Source: Candidatus Aenigmatarchaeota archaeon
GTDB taxonomy: Archaea; Aenigmatarchaeota; Aenigmatarchaeia; Aenigmatarchaeales; JACQIB01
Assembly: GCA_016198755.1 (NCBI GenBank)
Contig: JACQIB010000004.1
Span: 128,001 to 192,000, forward strand
Direction: 5' to 3'
DNA: 64,000 bases
Shown here: piece after piece, positions 1-10,185 of the stretch
Position numbering within the stretch: the first letter of the stretch is position 1
How the letters are laid out: each line of letters starts with the position of its first letter
Notes under the pieces: generated by a model
What the model was told of the DNA's origin: nothing
The model's database searches: none
The model's input: only the letters and a program-made list of their open reading frames with translations
Translations under genes and position numbers: made by a program

Positions 1-3000
1 AATAGTTCTCATCTCCTGTAAAATAGCCCGTTACATTATAGTTGCCAGCTGTAGAAAATGGTCCTGTAAGGTTTATTAGAGGAGGGGCTCCTGAAGTTGC
101 ATTTATCCAGCCAGTAAAGTTCGAGTCTATTTTAACTGTCTGCACTGAAAAGTTCAAAGCCTGTGTTGTTGAATTAAGCAAAACAGTTATGTTCAGTGTA
201 TCTGTATCATTATAGTCCCTGTTCCCGTCTGTTCCGTTCAAAAGAACTGTTAGGTTTGTTGCTCCCTTGTTTACAAGGTAATTCAAGCTTGAGCTCCCAA
301 CAGTAAAGTTTGTTGTGGCAGTTGAGTTGCAGATATACTGCCATGTGCTAACATTCAGCCTGAATGTTGTGCTGTTTTCAGGAGTTGTAACATCAAATGA
401 AAGGCTTGAAATGTTTCTATAAAGTTTTACTGTAACACCTGCATCAGTGTTTGAACTGGAGCAGTTAGACTGGCTTGTTGTAGGATAAGTTATGGGACTA
501 GAGGGGGATATTGTAAGTGTTATTGTAGGAGTTAAAGTGTTTACTGTAAGAGTGTATGATGCTCCAGTATCATTTGCTGAATAGTTTGCATTTGAGCTCA
601 TATTAACTTTATAGGAATATGTCCCTGCCCCCAGCTTTATTGTTTCAGTGCTGCTCTTGGAAACTCCATCTCTGAATAAATTGGCTGTGCCTGCAGTTGA
701 GAAGTTTTTACTTGCCGTGGCTATAATGTTTGCCCCATAGAACATAGCTTTGTTTGAGTTGAAACTAACAGTTCCATTATCCAAAGTCAGGTCCACAAAA
801 TTGCTTGTATTTACAGCCACAGAATATGGTATAACTCTGGTTGTGTTTACCTTAGATGTTGTGTCTGTACCAATCCAGCGATACTGGTAAGAGCCCCCAG
901 CCAGATCAGAGAAGTTTATAACATACAGGCCATTTATCTGATCACCAGTGCTGCGTGCAACAGTATAGTTTGTTAGGCTGGAATTCAGGTTCGCTTCAAA
1001 TAAAACAGTGTCTATACCCCCGTCATCGCTCCAGTTTGCCTGGAATCCATAATTCTTGCCCGGAGCATAGACTGTTGCAGATGGGACAGAAGTAAAGTTG
1101 TTTGTGTAGTTTGGATTATTGTTCGGGGCAACTGCTGTATATGTATAGGTAAACCATGCTGTAGGTGCAATATCAAACATCTGCTGAGTTATGACCATTA
1201 TACTAAAGTTGTATTGTGTTGTTGCATTTGCAAGACCATAAAAATCAATTCCTGATCCAGCAGGAGCTGAATTTCCAGATAAGTTGGAAGCATTAAACAA
1301 ATGCTGTTCAGGGCTGAGCAAATCAGAGTCCTGCACAACAATCTGCCCCTGCTGGACTTGAGAATGGTTAATCCATGGCCTTATCTGTCCCACTCCAGCT
1401 GTTGAGCCTTTTACAGGAATATCTATCCAGCTGTTCCTTACTGCTGGGTTGTCTGGAGTGTAAATATATAGAGCTTGTGTAGAGGCGTTCTGGGCAGCGT
1501 TTGTGGTATTACTGAAATTTGTAAAATATCCTATGGTTTTCAGTTGCGTGGAAGAATCATTTGGATATGTATAAATCAAGTCGGCAGTAAACCAAGTGTT
1601 TGACTGAGCTTGCGTGCGTGCCCAGAGAGTTACATTATGTCTATTATCACCGGTTGTTGTAGAGTAAAACTCTCCAGATCCATCTGAACCGTTCACAATA
1701 ATCCACTTCGGAGAGATAAAATCTGTATCAGCAACGCCTATATTATTTCCGTACTGGAGATTTGAACCATTCACAGTTATATTCATTATCCCACCAGCTG
1801 TTCCATTCCCCTGCGTATAAATTGTAAGATAAGCGCTCCTCACTGCAACACTACTTTCAGGAATATACATGTCAAACAGGGAAGACCAGTTTGTGTTTGC
1901 AGCTATAGAGAAAGTCCTGTTACCAAAGAAGCGTACATGTTTCAGTTGTGTTGTGGAACTGGAATCATAACTGTAAGTTACTGTAGCTTTAATCCAAGCA
2001 TCGTCCAGTCTGTTTGTATAAGTTCTAAAAGTAACATTATAATAGTTGTTACCTGTGCCCGCATTATAAAACCCATTTACATAATTTTGTGTGTTGTTTG
2101 AGGCATTAAATGCCCAGTGTATTGGAGCACGGGTAGAGGTTTGCACAGATCTGTTCAGCGAATAATAAAGAGCAGTTTGGTTTATGTAGACATCAGCCTT
2201 CCCTTGTGCTGTCCCACCAACATTTGTTTCTCCATAAACTTCTACAAAGGCGTTCCTTACTGTTATCTGGTTTTCTGGAATGTAAAGATTGAAATCCATT
2301 GTAGTGAAGTTAGAGTTTGCAGTTATGTTTGCAGTGCGGTTTACAAAATAAGTTATTGTTTTCAAATGTGTTTCTGATATTATATCATATTCATAAGTTA
2401 TGTAGGCTTTTGCCCAAGTGTTGAAAAATTGCTTTGCATCAGATTTTATTTCCAGTCCGAATTTGTTATCTCCTTGAGTTATACCATAAAGACCGCTATA
2501 AGGGGTTGTTGTGTTAGAGGCATTGAACCTGTAGATTGAAGGGAAAACCTGATCTGCATCCATTATACCTACTTTGCTTGCATAATCCAACGGAGTTCCG
2601 TTTAATAGCACTCGTAGGTTGGCGCCTCCTCCCGCATCCCCTTCTGTATAAACTTCTATCCACGCACTTTTAACAGAAACTCCTCTCTCTGGTATATATA
2701 CAGAAAAGTTGCTTGTGAACACACCACTGGCATCAGTCATGTTGCTGCTGTTAATAAACCATTCTATTGTTTTTATTGAGTGATTGCCTACGAGAGGATT
2801 TATTATATATGGTATTACTCCAGTATCATTTATCTGCTGCATTGTGTCGTTTGCAATCCATCTATATTGATAAGTTCCGTTTGTCAAGCCAGTAAAGTTT
2901 ATTGTATATATTGCCTGTGTTAAATTCCCGCCTGCAAGCTTTGTGAGTGTAAAGTTCTTCAGGCTTGAATTCAGGTTTGTCTCAAATGTTACATTAACAA

Positions 3001-6000
3001 TTTCAGCAACCTCAGTTGAGATATTGGTTGAAAAGCCATAGTTTCCAGTGCTGTGTATTGTATCTAAATCTGGAATGCTGGTTGCATTGTTTATGAAAAC
3101 TGGAGTTCTGTTTCCTACAGAATATGGTATAACACCTGTAGTATTCACATAATTATCCGTATCATTGGCAATCCATCTGTACTGGTAAGAACCTGTAGAT
3201 ATATTTGTAAAGTTTATAAGATACAGGCCATTGAAGCTGTCGCCTGCAGTCCTGCCAACAGTAAAGTTTTTCAGGCTGCTGTTGAAATTAGACTCGAAAA
3301 ATACAATCTGCACCCCAAAGTTGTCTGTCCAGTTTGTCTGGAAGCCCCAGTTTTTGTTCAGCTGATATACTGTACCGCTTGGCTGAGATGTAACATTGTT
3401 CTGGAATTGTGGAGGAGGGGCTGGAGAGTATGTATATGTAAACCAACCAACAGGAGCTATATTGAACATTTGCTGAGTTATGACCATTATACTAAAGTTG
3501 TATTGTGTTGTAGCGTTTCCGAGTGCATAAAAGTCATTTCCTGTTGTTGCAGAAGCATTGAAAAGCCCCTGAAACGGGCTTAGTACAGTGTCTGTATCAG
3601 GTATAACAGTCTGTCCCTGATTTATCTGGGAGTGGTTAATCCAAATCCTTACCTGACCTGCCCCTGCTGTGCTCCCATGAACATAAGTATCTACCCAGCT
3701 GTTTCTTACTGTTGGATTATCTGGAGTGTAAATGTATAGAGCTTGTGTAGAGGCGTTCTGGGCAGCGTTTGTTGTGTTGCTCTGGTTTATGAAGTAACCT
3801 ATTGTTTTCAGCTGGCTGGTAGAGTCATTTGCATAGGTATAAACAAGTCCTGCCCTGAACCAGCTATCTTTCTGCGCCTGCGTCCTCACCCACACGCTTA
3901 CATTATGTCTGTTGCTACCTGTTGTTGTACTGTAAAGCTCTCCAAATCCATCTGAAGCGTTCACAGAAACCCATATCGGGGCAATAATATCTGTATCAGT
4001 AACAGCAATATTGCTTGAATACTGCAGGTTAGACTGGTTTATGCTTATGTTCATTGTACCTCCAGCAGTGCCGTTTCCATGAGTATAAAAGTCAAGATAG
4101 GCATTCCTGATCGTAACAGAGGTTTCCGGAATAAAAATATCAAAGAGAGAGGACCAGTTTGTGTTTGCAGCAATAGCAAAAGTGCTCCTGTTACCAAAGA
4201 ACTTTACACTATTTAACTGTGTGGTTGAATTTGCAGCATAAGAATATGTTGCAGTAACCTTTATCCAAACATTGTCCATGCGGTTTGTATAGGATCTGAC
4301 TGTTATGTTATATAGGTTATTACCTGTGCCTGCAGTATAAAGTCCGTTTGCATAGCTTAAAGTTGAATTAGAGGCGTTAAACATAAGGAATGTTGGGGCG
4401 CGCGGCGTTGTCTGCAGGCTCCTATTCAATCCATAATCCACTCCTGTACCGTTTATGTACACATCAGTCTTTCCTTTTGTTGTTCCTGAAACAGCTGGCT
4501 CTGTATAAACCTCTATAAAAGAATTTCTGACCTTTACCTGATCCTCGGGGATATAGAGATTAAAATTATAGTTTGTGAAATTAGAGTTTGCGCTAACATT
4601 GGCAGTCCTGTTTACAAAATAAGTTACTGTTTTCAGTTGCGTTTCAGAGTTTGTATCATACTCATAAGTTACATAAGCTTTTATCCAGCCGTTGAAGGAG
4701 TTCTTTGCAAACCCATCCACTTCAATCCCAAAATTATTTTCCCCCTGAGCTATACTGTAGAGGCCGTTAAAGTTTGCGCTTGCATTCGAGGCATTGAATC
4801 TCCATATATTTGGAAAAAACAAATCAGCATCACCAATCACAGCTTTGCTTGCATACTGCAGAGGAGTTCCGTTAAGAAAAATCACAAAATAGTCTCCTGC
4901 AGACTCTGAACCCTCTCTATAAACCTCTATCCACGCACTTTTAACAGAAACTCCTCTCTCTGGTATATAGATGCTGAAATTCGAAATAGCATCACCTGTA
5001 ATGGTTGTCATGTTTGAGCTATTTACAAACCACTCTATTGTCTTTATTGAGGCAGCTCCAGGTATGGGATTCATTGAATAAGGTATAACTCCTGTTGTGT
5101 TTACACCGCTTGCACTGTCGTTTACTATCCATCTGTATTGGTAGGTTCCGTTTGTCAGGCCAGTAAGACTAGTGAAGTTTATTGTATAGGTTGCAAAGGT
5201 TGTGTTTCCGCCTGCAACAGCAGATATAGTAAAGTTTTTCAGGGTTGCATTCAGGTTTGTTTCGAAAGTTACGTTGATAATTTCTGTTCCAAATGTAGTT
5301 ATGTTTGTTGAAAATCCATAGTTTGCTGTAGCATTTATTGGGAAGTTAGAAGGCATGGAGCTTGCGTTGTTAACAAAAATTAGTTGAGAGTTTGCTATAG
5401 AAAATGGTATAATGCCGGTTGTGTTTATATTGTTTGCAGAATCATTTGCTATCCAGCGATATTGGTAGTTTCCGGCAGAGAGCGTTGAACCAGTGAAGTT
5501 TATGAAATAAAATTTCTGAGTTGCATTTCCACCAGCAACAGCAGGTATAGTAAAGTTTTTCAGGGTCGCATTCAGGTTTGTTTCGAAAGTTACATTGTTT
5601 ATGGAAACGGATTCTGTGGATACGTTTGTTGAGAATGTGTAGTTTGTAAGTGTGTTTATGCCCACTCCGCTTGCTTGTGAACTCGTGTTGCTTACAAAGC
5701 GGGGCTTTGGAACATCAGAATAAGCTCCTGTGGCTACAAGCTTTACTGATTTGAGCGGACATGCAACATTAGACTGGCATTTTATGTTTACTGAAAATGT
5801 TTTTGGAGTGTCTGTTGACAGGTTGTATACTCCATTGGTGTTTGTTGTTGCATTGTGCCTTATCATGTAGTTGAAAATCTCAACGCCTGCAACAAAAGTA
5901 TAGTTTGTGTAGCTTGTGTTTTCATCGTATGGTGTACTGTTCATTGAAACAGTTATTGCTGTTGTAAGAGCTGACACATCCAAAAGTCCCTCTACCTGCA

Positions 6001-7654
6001 GGAAAGCTGATTTCACAACAAAATCATCGTCTATAGGCTTTATTGTAAATGTAGAGTTCCACCAGCTCCCAGCAGAAACAGTTGCTGTGGAAGAGTTCAC
6101 ATAATATTCTTCAGTATCCATATAGTTAGCGGCATCTGAAGTATATGTTATAATAACAGAGGCTGACATTGCTTCGCATGTATCGCCTGCTCCGCATTTC
6201 ACACCGAAAGCAAATCCATATGTGCTATTGTCTGTTATTCCATACAGTCCCTGCACGCTTCCTGTTACGCTGGATGCGTTTGCAAGTACAACAAATCCAT
6301 AGCTTGGGGTTGTACCTGCTATAACTGGGGATAAAATGTTCGTTCCATTAAGCCTGAGGTCAAGTGTGTTGTCAGTGGTTGCAGCGCTCCCAGGATAAAC
6401 ACCTGTAAGTTTTATGTACGATGATTTTACAGCAATGTTTGTGCCTGAAAGGGCAACAGTAAAGGTCGAATTCCACCATGTGCTTGTTCCAACACTTACA
6501 TTTGTGGAGTTGATAAAAACCTCAACTGTTTTTGTTTTCGCAGGTGCTGTATACTGATATGTTACTTTCATTACAGTTCCAAGTGCTCCTGTAGGCGCTC
6601 CGGCTTTGAGTCCATAGAGAAAGGTAGATGGGGTAGAGTTGAGCATATATGTCAGGTTGTTGCTTGCATTCCTTACAATCCTTATTGTGGAAGCTTCCCC
6701 ATTTCCAGCACTTACAGGCGCAGGCCCAAGATTTGTAGAATTCTGTGATACGTTAAGTACCCTATCTACTGTTCCAGTTTCGTCATTTGATCCCCAGGTT
6801 TCAAACCATGCATTTTTCACAACAGCAGCATTATCAGAGAGTGCAGCTGAAAATGTGGAATTCCACCATACACCGGCTCCTGTCTGCGGTCCGCTTGCAT
6901 TCACGAAAAAATCAACTGTACGTACTTCTGTTGCTGCAAATGCTGGTATAGATGTTAATGGGATAAACAACATTATAAAAATAATTGCCAGAAATGTTGG
7001 CTTCTTTTTTCGCAATACAATTCCAAGTGGAATAAAAGCAAGAAGAGGGAGTAAACTGAAAAGCCAGTTTAGGATTGATTTTGGTTCAGTATGAGTTTGG
7101 GATAGCGGGAACTGGGGCGCAGCATTTTCAGATACAACTTTTGTATTATCTTCCTCAGGACCGGTTCCTGGAGGATCGTATGTATAGGTTATTATAGCGC
7201 GTGCAGAGACCGAATTGCAAAGGTCGCCGTTGCACTGCACCCCGAATTTCAGCCTTCTTGAACTGCTGTTTGTTATATTGTAAAGGTTATCGTAGTTACC
7301 CGATGAATTATCCAGAATAGTAAAATATTCAGTTTCTCCGGAATTTGTGAAAGAGTATGTATCAGCAGCTCCTCCGTTCTGCGCTATTTTTATATTGCTT
7401 GCCGCTGTCCCAGCCTTCCCAAAAGAGCCCGAAACTTCTATAAAGGCTGAAATAACCTGAGGAGTTGGATCAGGGAGCTGCACATCATATGTGCTGTTAA
7501 ACCAGTTTCCATTTGGCATTTGCGAATCAGACTGGTTTATGAAAAATACAACTGTTTTTGTGTTGAAAAGATAGCCTGCTTCTGCTACTGGAACAGAGAG
7601 TAAGAAAATCAGGGCAAATAAGAGCGGCAGAGCCAGCAAAGAGAGAGCTTTCAT
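1..7654 (-). CDS. Giant repetitive cell-surface glycoprotein/adhesin (>2550 aa, 3' end beyond window edge)
   Basis: ATG at 7654 (MKALSLLALPLLFALIFLLSVPVAEA signal peptide). The same frame reads ...FSTAGNYNVTGYFTGDENY at position 2. The ORF track calls no minus-strand ORF here, consistent with no stop. About 12 copies of a KTVxFFxN...A.xTYxY domain, 5 YQYRWIxNDT Ig-like domains, dense N-x-S/T sequons. Confidence 0.88.
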   Translation of the reverse strand, partial: MKALSLLALPLLFALIFLLSVPVAEAGYLFNTKTVVFFINQSDSQMPNGNWFNSTYDVQLPDPTPQVISAFIEVSGSFGKAGTAASNIKIAQNGGAADTYSFTNSGETEYFTILDNSSGNYDNLYNITNSSSRRLKFGVQCNGDLCNSVSARAIITYTYDPPGTGPEEDNTKVVSENAAPQFPLSQTHTEPKSILNWLFSLLPLLAFIPLGIVLRKKKPTFLAIIFIMLFIPLTSIPAFAATEVRTVDFFVNASGPQTGAGVWWNSTFSAALSDNAAVVKNAWFETWGSNDETGTVDRVLNVSQNSTNLGPAPVSAGNGEASTIRIVRNASNNLTYMLNSTPSTFLYGLKAGAPTGALGTVMKVTYQYTAPAKTKTVEVFINSTNVSVGTSTWWNSTFTVALSGTNIAVKSSYIKLTGVYPGSAATTDNTLDLRLNGTNILSPVIAGTTPSYGFVVLANASSVTGSVQGLYGITDNSTYGFAFGVKCGAGDTCEAMSASVIITYTSDAANYMDTEEYYVNSSTATVSAGSWWNSTFTIKPIDDDFVVKSAFLQVEGLLDVSALTTAITVSMNSTPYDENTSYTNYTFVAGVEIFNYMIRHNATTNTNGVYNLSTDTPKTFSVNIKCQSNVACPLKSVKLVATGAYSDVPKPRFVSNTSSQASGVGINTLTNYTFSTNVSTESVSINNVTFETNLNATLKNFTIPAVAGGNATQKFYFINFTGSTLSAGNYQYRWIANDSANNINTTGIIPFSIANSQLIFVNNASSMPSNFPINATANYGFSTNITTFGTEIINVTFETNLNATLKNFTISAVAGGNTTFATYTINFTSLTGLTNGTYQYRWIVNDSASGVNTTGVIPYSMNPIPGAASIKTIEWFVNSSNMTTITGDAISNFSIYIPERGVSVKSAWIEVYREGSESAGDYFVIFLNGTPLQYASKAVIGDADLFFPNIWRFNASNASANFNGLYSIAQGENNFGIEVDGFAKNSFNGWIKAYVTYEYDTNSETQLKTVTYFVNRTANVSANSNFTNYNFNLYIPEDQVKVRNSFIEVYTEPAVSGTTKGKTDVYINGTGVDYGLNRSLQTTPRAPTFLMFNASNSTLSYANGLYTAGTGNNLYNITVRSYTNRMDNVWIKVTATYSYAANSTTQLNSVKFFGNRSTFAIAANTNWSSLFDIFIPETSVTIRNAYLDFYTHGNGTAGGTMNISINQSNLQYSSNIAVTDTDIIAPIWVSVNASDGFGELYSTTTGSNRHNVSVWVRTQAQKDSWFRAGLVYTYANDSTSQLKTIGYFINQSNTTNAAQNASTQALYIYTPDNPTVRNSWVDTYVHGSTAGAGQVRIWINHSQINQGQTVIPDTDTVLSPFQGLFNASATTGNDFYALGNATTQYNFSIMVITQQMFNIAPVGWFTYTYSPAPPPQFQNNVTSQPSGTVYQLNKNWGFQTNWTDNFGVQIVFFESNFNSSLKNFTVGRTAGDSFNGLYLINFTNISTGSYQYRWIANDTDNYVNTTGVIPYSVGNRTPVFINNATSIPDLDTIHSTGNYGFSTNISTEVAEIVNVTFETNLNSSLKNFTLTKLAGGNLTQAIYTINFTGLTNGTYQYRWIANDTMQQINDTGVIPYIINPLVGNHSIKTIEWFINSSNMTDASGVFTSNFSVYIPERGVSVKSAWIEVYTEGDAGGGANLRVLLNGTPLDYASKVGIMDADQVFPSIYRFNASNTTTPYSGLYGITQGDNKFGLEIKSDAKQFFNTWAKAYITYEYDIISETHLKTITYFVNRTANITANSNFTTMDFNLYIPENQITVRNAFVEVYGETNVGGTAQGKADVYINQTALYYSLNRSVQTSTRAPIHWAFNASNNTQNYVNGFYNAGTGNNYYNVTFRTYTNRLDDAWIKATVTYSYDSSSTTQLKHVRFFGNRTFSIAANTNWSSLFDMYIPESSVAVRSAYLTIYTQGNGTAGGIMNITVNGSNLQYGNNIGVADTDFISPKWIIVNGSDGSGEFYSTTTGDNRHNVTLWARTQAQSNTWFTADLIYTYPNDSSTQLKTIGYFTNFSNTTNAAQNASTQALYIYTPDNPAVRNSWIDIPVKGSTAGVGQIRPWINHSQVQQGQIVVQDSDLLSPEQHLFNASNLSGNSAPAGSGIDFYGLANATTQYNFSIMVITQQMFDIAPTAWFTYTYTAVAPNNNPNYTNNFTSVPSATVYAPGKNYGFQANWSDDGGIDTVLFEANLNSSLTNYTVARSTGDQINGLYVINFSDLAGGSYQYRWIGTDTTSKVNTTRVIPYSVAVNTSNFVDLTLDNGTVSFNSNKAMFYGANIIATASKNFSTAGTANLFRDGVSKSSTETIKLGAGTYSYKVNMSSNANYSANDTGASYTLTVNTLTPTITLTISPSSPITYPTTSQSNCSSSNTDAGVTVKLYRNISSLSFDVTTPENSTTFRLNVSTWQYICNSTATTNFTVGSSSLNYLVNKGATNLTVLLNGTDGNRDYNDTDTLNITVLLNSTTQALNFSVQTVKIDSNFTGWINATSGAPPLINLTGPFSTAGNYNVTGYFTGDENY
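815..5390 (-). repeat. Diverged intragenic tandem duplication, unit about 2.28 kb
   Basis: Segments near 1141-1230 and 3431-3520, and near 2651-2700 and 4921-4970, are nearly identical at offsets of about 2270-2290 nt. Boundaries approximate. Confidence 0.85.
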
Positions 7655-7710
7655 GGGTTTAATTTAGTGCGTAAGCATATATTTAATGGTTATTTGTGCC
7701 TTTTGGAGGT

Positions 7711-8889
7711 TTAGCTCTGGAAAATCACATTATCTATCAGGAAGCTTGAACCCGGGAACTGGTTGCAGCTGTCTGTGGCTGTATAAAACCGCATTAACTT
7801 ACCCTTGTCTATAATAGTATTGGAATTTGCTGTTATATTATACCATCCACCTCCGACATCAATTGTGGATGTTTTATACTCCCCCGGAGTTGAAATAATA
7901 TTCCCAGCCGAATCTATCTCAAACGGAAGGCTTGTATCAGAATCCCCATTTGCAAATAAAACCTCCACACCGAAAGCCCAGTTGCAGGTTGCCCCATTTG
8001 TAAAGTTAGGTAGGTAATTAAAGCTTACATTGAATAATCCTGTTCCTGTGGCTTCCAGCTTATCAGAAAAAACCCTTTGGGGTGCCCCAAGGTATTTTAT
8101 ACGCAGTGCTGTTGCAGACTGGTAACCAGATTCCAGAGGATTATATTCCCAGTTTATCTCATCTGCAGCACCGTTTATATCCTGCATGAGCGTCCAGTTC
8201 TCGGGCAGGCTTGAATTGCCTGCACGCACGGTTTCCAAATCATAGTTAGATATTCTTGACGCATCTTTCTGTGCACTAACATCACCCCCATCAGCTGAGA
8301 GGCTTGGTATAGTCCAGCGTACTCCGTCTTTTTTTCCAACATTGTTCTTATCTAACAGAGCTTTCCTAATATTCTTCTTATTGCTGTCCAATACAACAGA
8401 ATAATGATATTCCGGTGGTAGCCCAGGAAGATCTGTATTGATTGGTATGTTTTTATAATGATAATCAGATTTTACAGTTACATGTTTTTTATAGTTGGTT
8501 TGCTCGCTGTTCAATATACTTTCAGTAACGTATATTGGCGATGTTTGGAAGCGAAAAACCCATGAAGAATCCCCTGGCGGGGCATCAAAAGAAACAGTTT
8601 CCTTCCCATGTATTTTTGCATTAGCAGGTGCTGATATTACTTCAGCTCCCTTTCCAAAGTTTAATTTAGTTGTTTTTGCAAATAGTCCTGGATTTTTTGC
8701 AATAACTGTCCTATCCCATACTATTGGTTTTTCATAGACAAACCCAGAAACCAGCGAATATGTGCTTGTTGTAGAAACCTCACCTGTTTTTGCTGGCGCA
8801 AGACCGGTGTTAACAGAAACATTATAAAGCCCAAGGGCTAGAAAAAGTACTGTTATGACTGCAAAAGCCAAAAGAGGTATCTTTCCCAT
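7711..8889 (-). CDS. Membrane-anchored surface protein, paralogue of 8936..10120
   Basis: N-terminal TM; shares SLVSGFV..PI.WDRTV and SDTSLPFEIDSAGNI.STPGEY with its neighbour. Confidence 0.85.
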   Translation of the reverse strand: MGKIPLLAFAVITVLFLALGLYNVSVNTGLAPAKTGEVSTTSTYSLVSGFVYEKPIVWDRTVIAKNPGLFAKTTKLNFGKGAEVISAPANAKIHGKETVSFDAPPGDSSWVFRFQTSPIYVTESILNSEQTNYKKHVTVKSDYHYKNIPINTDLPGLPPEYHYSVVLDSNKKNIRKALLDKNNVGKKDGVRWTIPSLSADGGDVSAQKDASRISNYDLETVRAGNSSLPENWTLMQDINGAADEINWEYNPLESGYQSATALRIKYLGAPQRVFSDKLEATGTGLFNVSFNYLPNFTNGATCNWAFGVEVLFANGDSDTSLPFEIDSAGNIISTPGEYKTSTIDVGGGWYNITANSNTIIDKGKLMRFYTATDSCNQFPGSSFLIDNVIFQS

Positions 8890-8935
8890 AATTAAAATAT
8901 ATGATGGTTGTTAATATAGCTTTCTGTTTTAAAAT

Positions 8936-10120
8936 TTAGGCTTCAAACACAACGTTATCCATTAAGACGCTTGATCCAGGGAACTGATTGCAGCTCTCAG
9001 TGTCTATATAAAATTGCATAGACTTATCAGGATCTATCAGTACATTTGACTTTGCATCCACATGGTACCAGCCATCAGTCAGCGGGGTTACAACTGTATT
9101 ATACTCCCCTGGGGTTGAAACAATATTCCCGGCTGAATCTATCTCAAACGGAAGGCTTGTATCAGATTCTCCTGTTGCAAAGAAAACTTCCACACCGAAA
9201 GCCCAGTTGCAGATTGCTCCGCTCTCAAACTGGGGATTAAAATCAAAGCTTATATTGAAAGTTCCGGTGCCCAGTGTAGATAGATTATCAGAATATATCC
9301 TGTATGTGCCCAAGTGCTTTACTCTTAGTGAGCTGGAAGACTGCCAGCCAGCTTCCAAGGGATCATATCCCCAGTCAATTGCATCAGTTCTGGCAGTCGG
9401 ATCCTGTGTCAAAGTCCATCCATCAGGTTTCTTATCATTGTTAGCTCTGCCTGTCTCAAACTTGTAATTCGAAATCCTTGAAGGCACTTTCTGTGCTGCA
9501 ACACCAAAGCTTTCAGTTGATAAATGGGCAACTGTCCAGCGAGTAGAATCTTTGTTCCCATCCCCATCATTATCATACAAAACCTTCCTTGTCTCCTGCC
9601 CTGTGCTCTGCGGAGTAATAGAATAAACATGGGTTGCAGGGAGATTTGGTAAAGAAGTTAAAGCAGGTATATTTGTATAATGGTAATTTGAGGAAACAGT
9701 AACAATTTTATTGTAGTTTGCTGGATCAGAGTTTAGAACCTGTTCAGTAACAGTTATGGGAGCTGTTTCAAACCTTATAATCCATACAGAATCTCCCGAA
9801 GGAGCCTTTATTACAAACTTTTTCTTTCCTTCCATTTTTACCCCATCAGGAACACTAACAACCTCAGCTCCCTTGCCAAGCTTTATTTTAACCTTCTTAT
9901 TCTTTTCTGTTGGATTGTGTACATATACTGTCCTGTCCCATGTAATTGGCTGGTTCAAAACAAAACCTGAAACAAGGCTGTCTGTTTGCGTGAAAGTAAC
10001 CTTATTATCCTCAACCTCTGCTGCTTCTATATCATCATCAGCCAGAACAGCTGTAGAATAAGAAGCAAAAAATAGTGCAAATACAGAAACTAAAAGAAGT
10101 ACACCAATAGCATGCTTCAT
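8936..10120 (-). CDS. Secreted surface protein, paralogue of 7711..8889
   Basis: Signal peptide; same two-domain layout; C-terminal beta-rich domain with a Cys pair. Confidence 0.85.
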   Translation of the reverse strand: MKHAIGVLLLVSVFALFFASYSTAVLADDDIEAAEVEDNKVTFTQTDSLVSGFVLNQPITWDRTVYVHNPTEKNKKVKIKLGKGAEVVSVPDGVKMEGKKKFVIKAPSGDSVWIIRFETAPITVTEQVLNSDPANYNKIVTVSSNYHYTNIPALTSLPNLPATHVYSITPQSTGQETRKVLYDNDGDGNKDSTRWTVAHLSTESFGVAAQKVPSRISNYKFETGRANNDKKPDGWTLTQDPTARTDAIDWGYDPLEAGWQSSSSLRVKHLGTYRIYSDNLSTLGTGTFNISFDFNPQFESGAICNWAFGVEVFFATGESDTSLPFEIDSAGNIVSTPGEYNTVVTPLTDGWYHVDAKSNVLIDPDKSMQFYIDTESCNQFPGSSVLMDNVVFEA

Positions 10121-10185
10121 AGGATACTATTCTATAGAAATATAATAAATACACACACCCCATGACAAATAATAAAAATTTTTGA

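Noticed and set aside
2117-7094. Short plus-strand ORFs in the ORF track
   Set aside because: Antisense shadows of the giant minus-strand gene; the same applies to most short ORFs nested in long genes across the window.
815-10120. Diversity-generating retroelement TR/VR pairs among the duplicated segments
   Set aside because: Both copies are coding, mismatches are not adenine-specific, and no reverse transcriptase is in the window.
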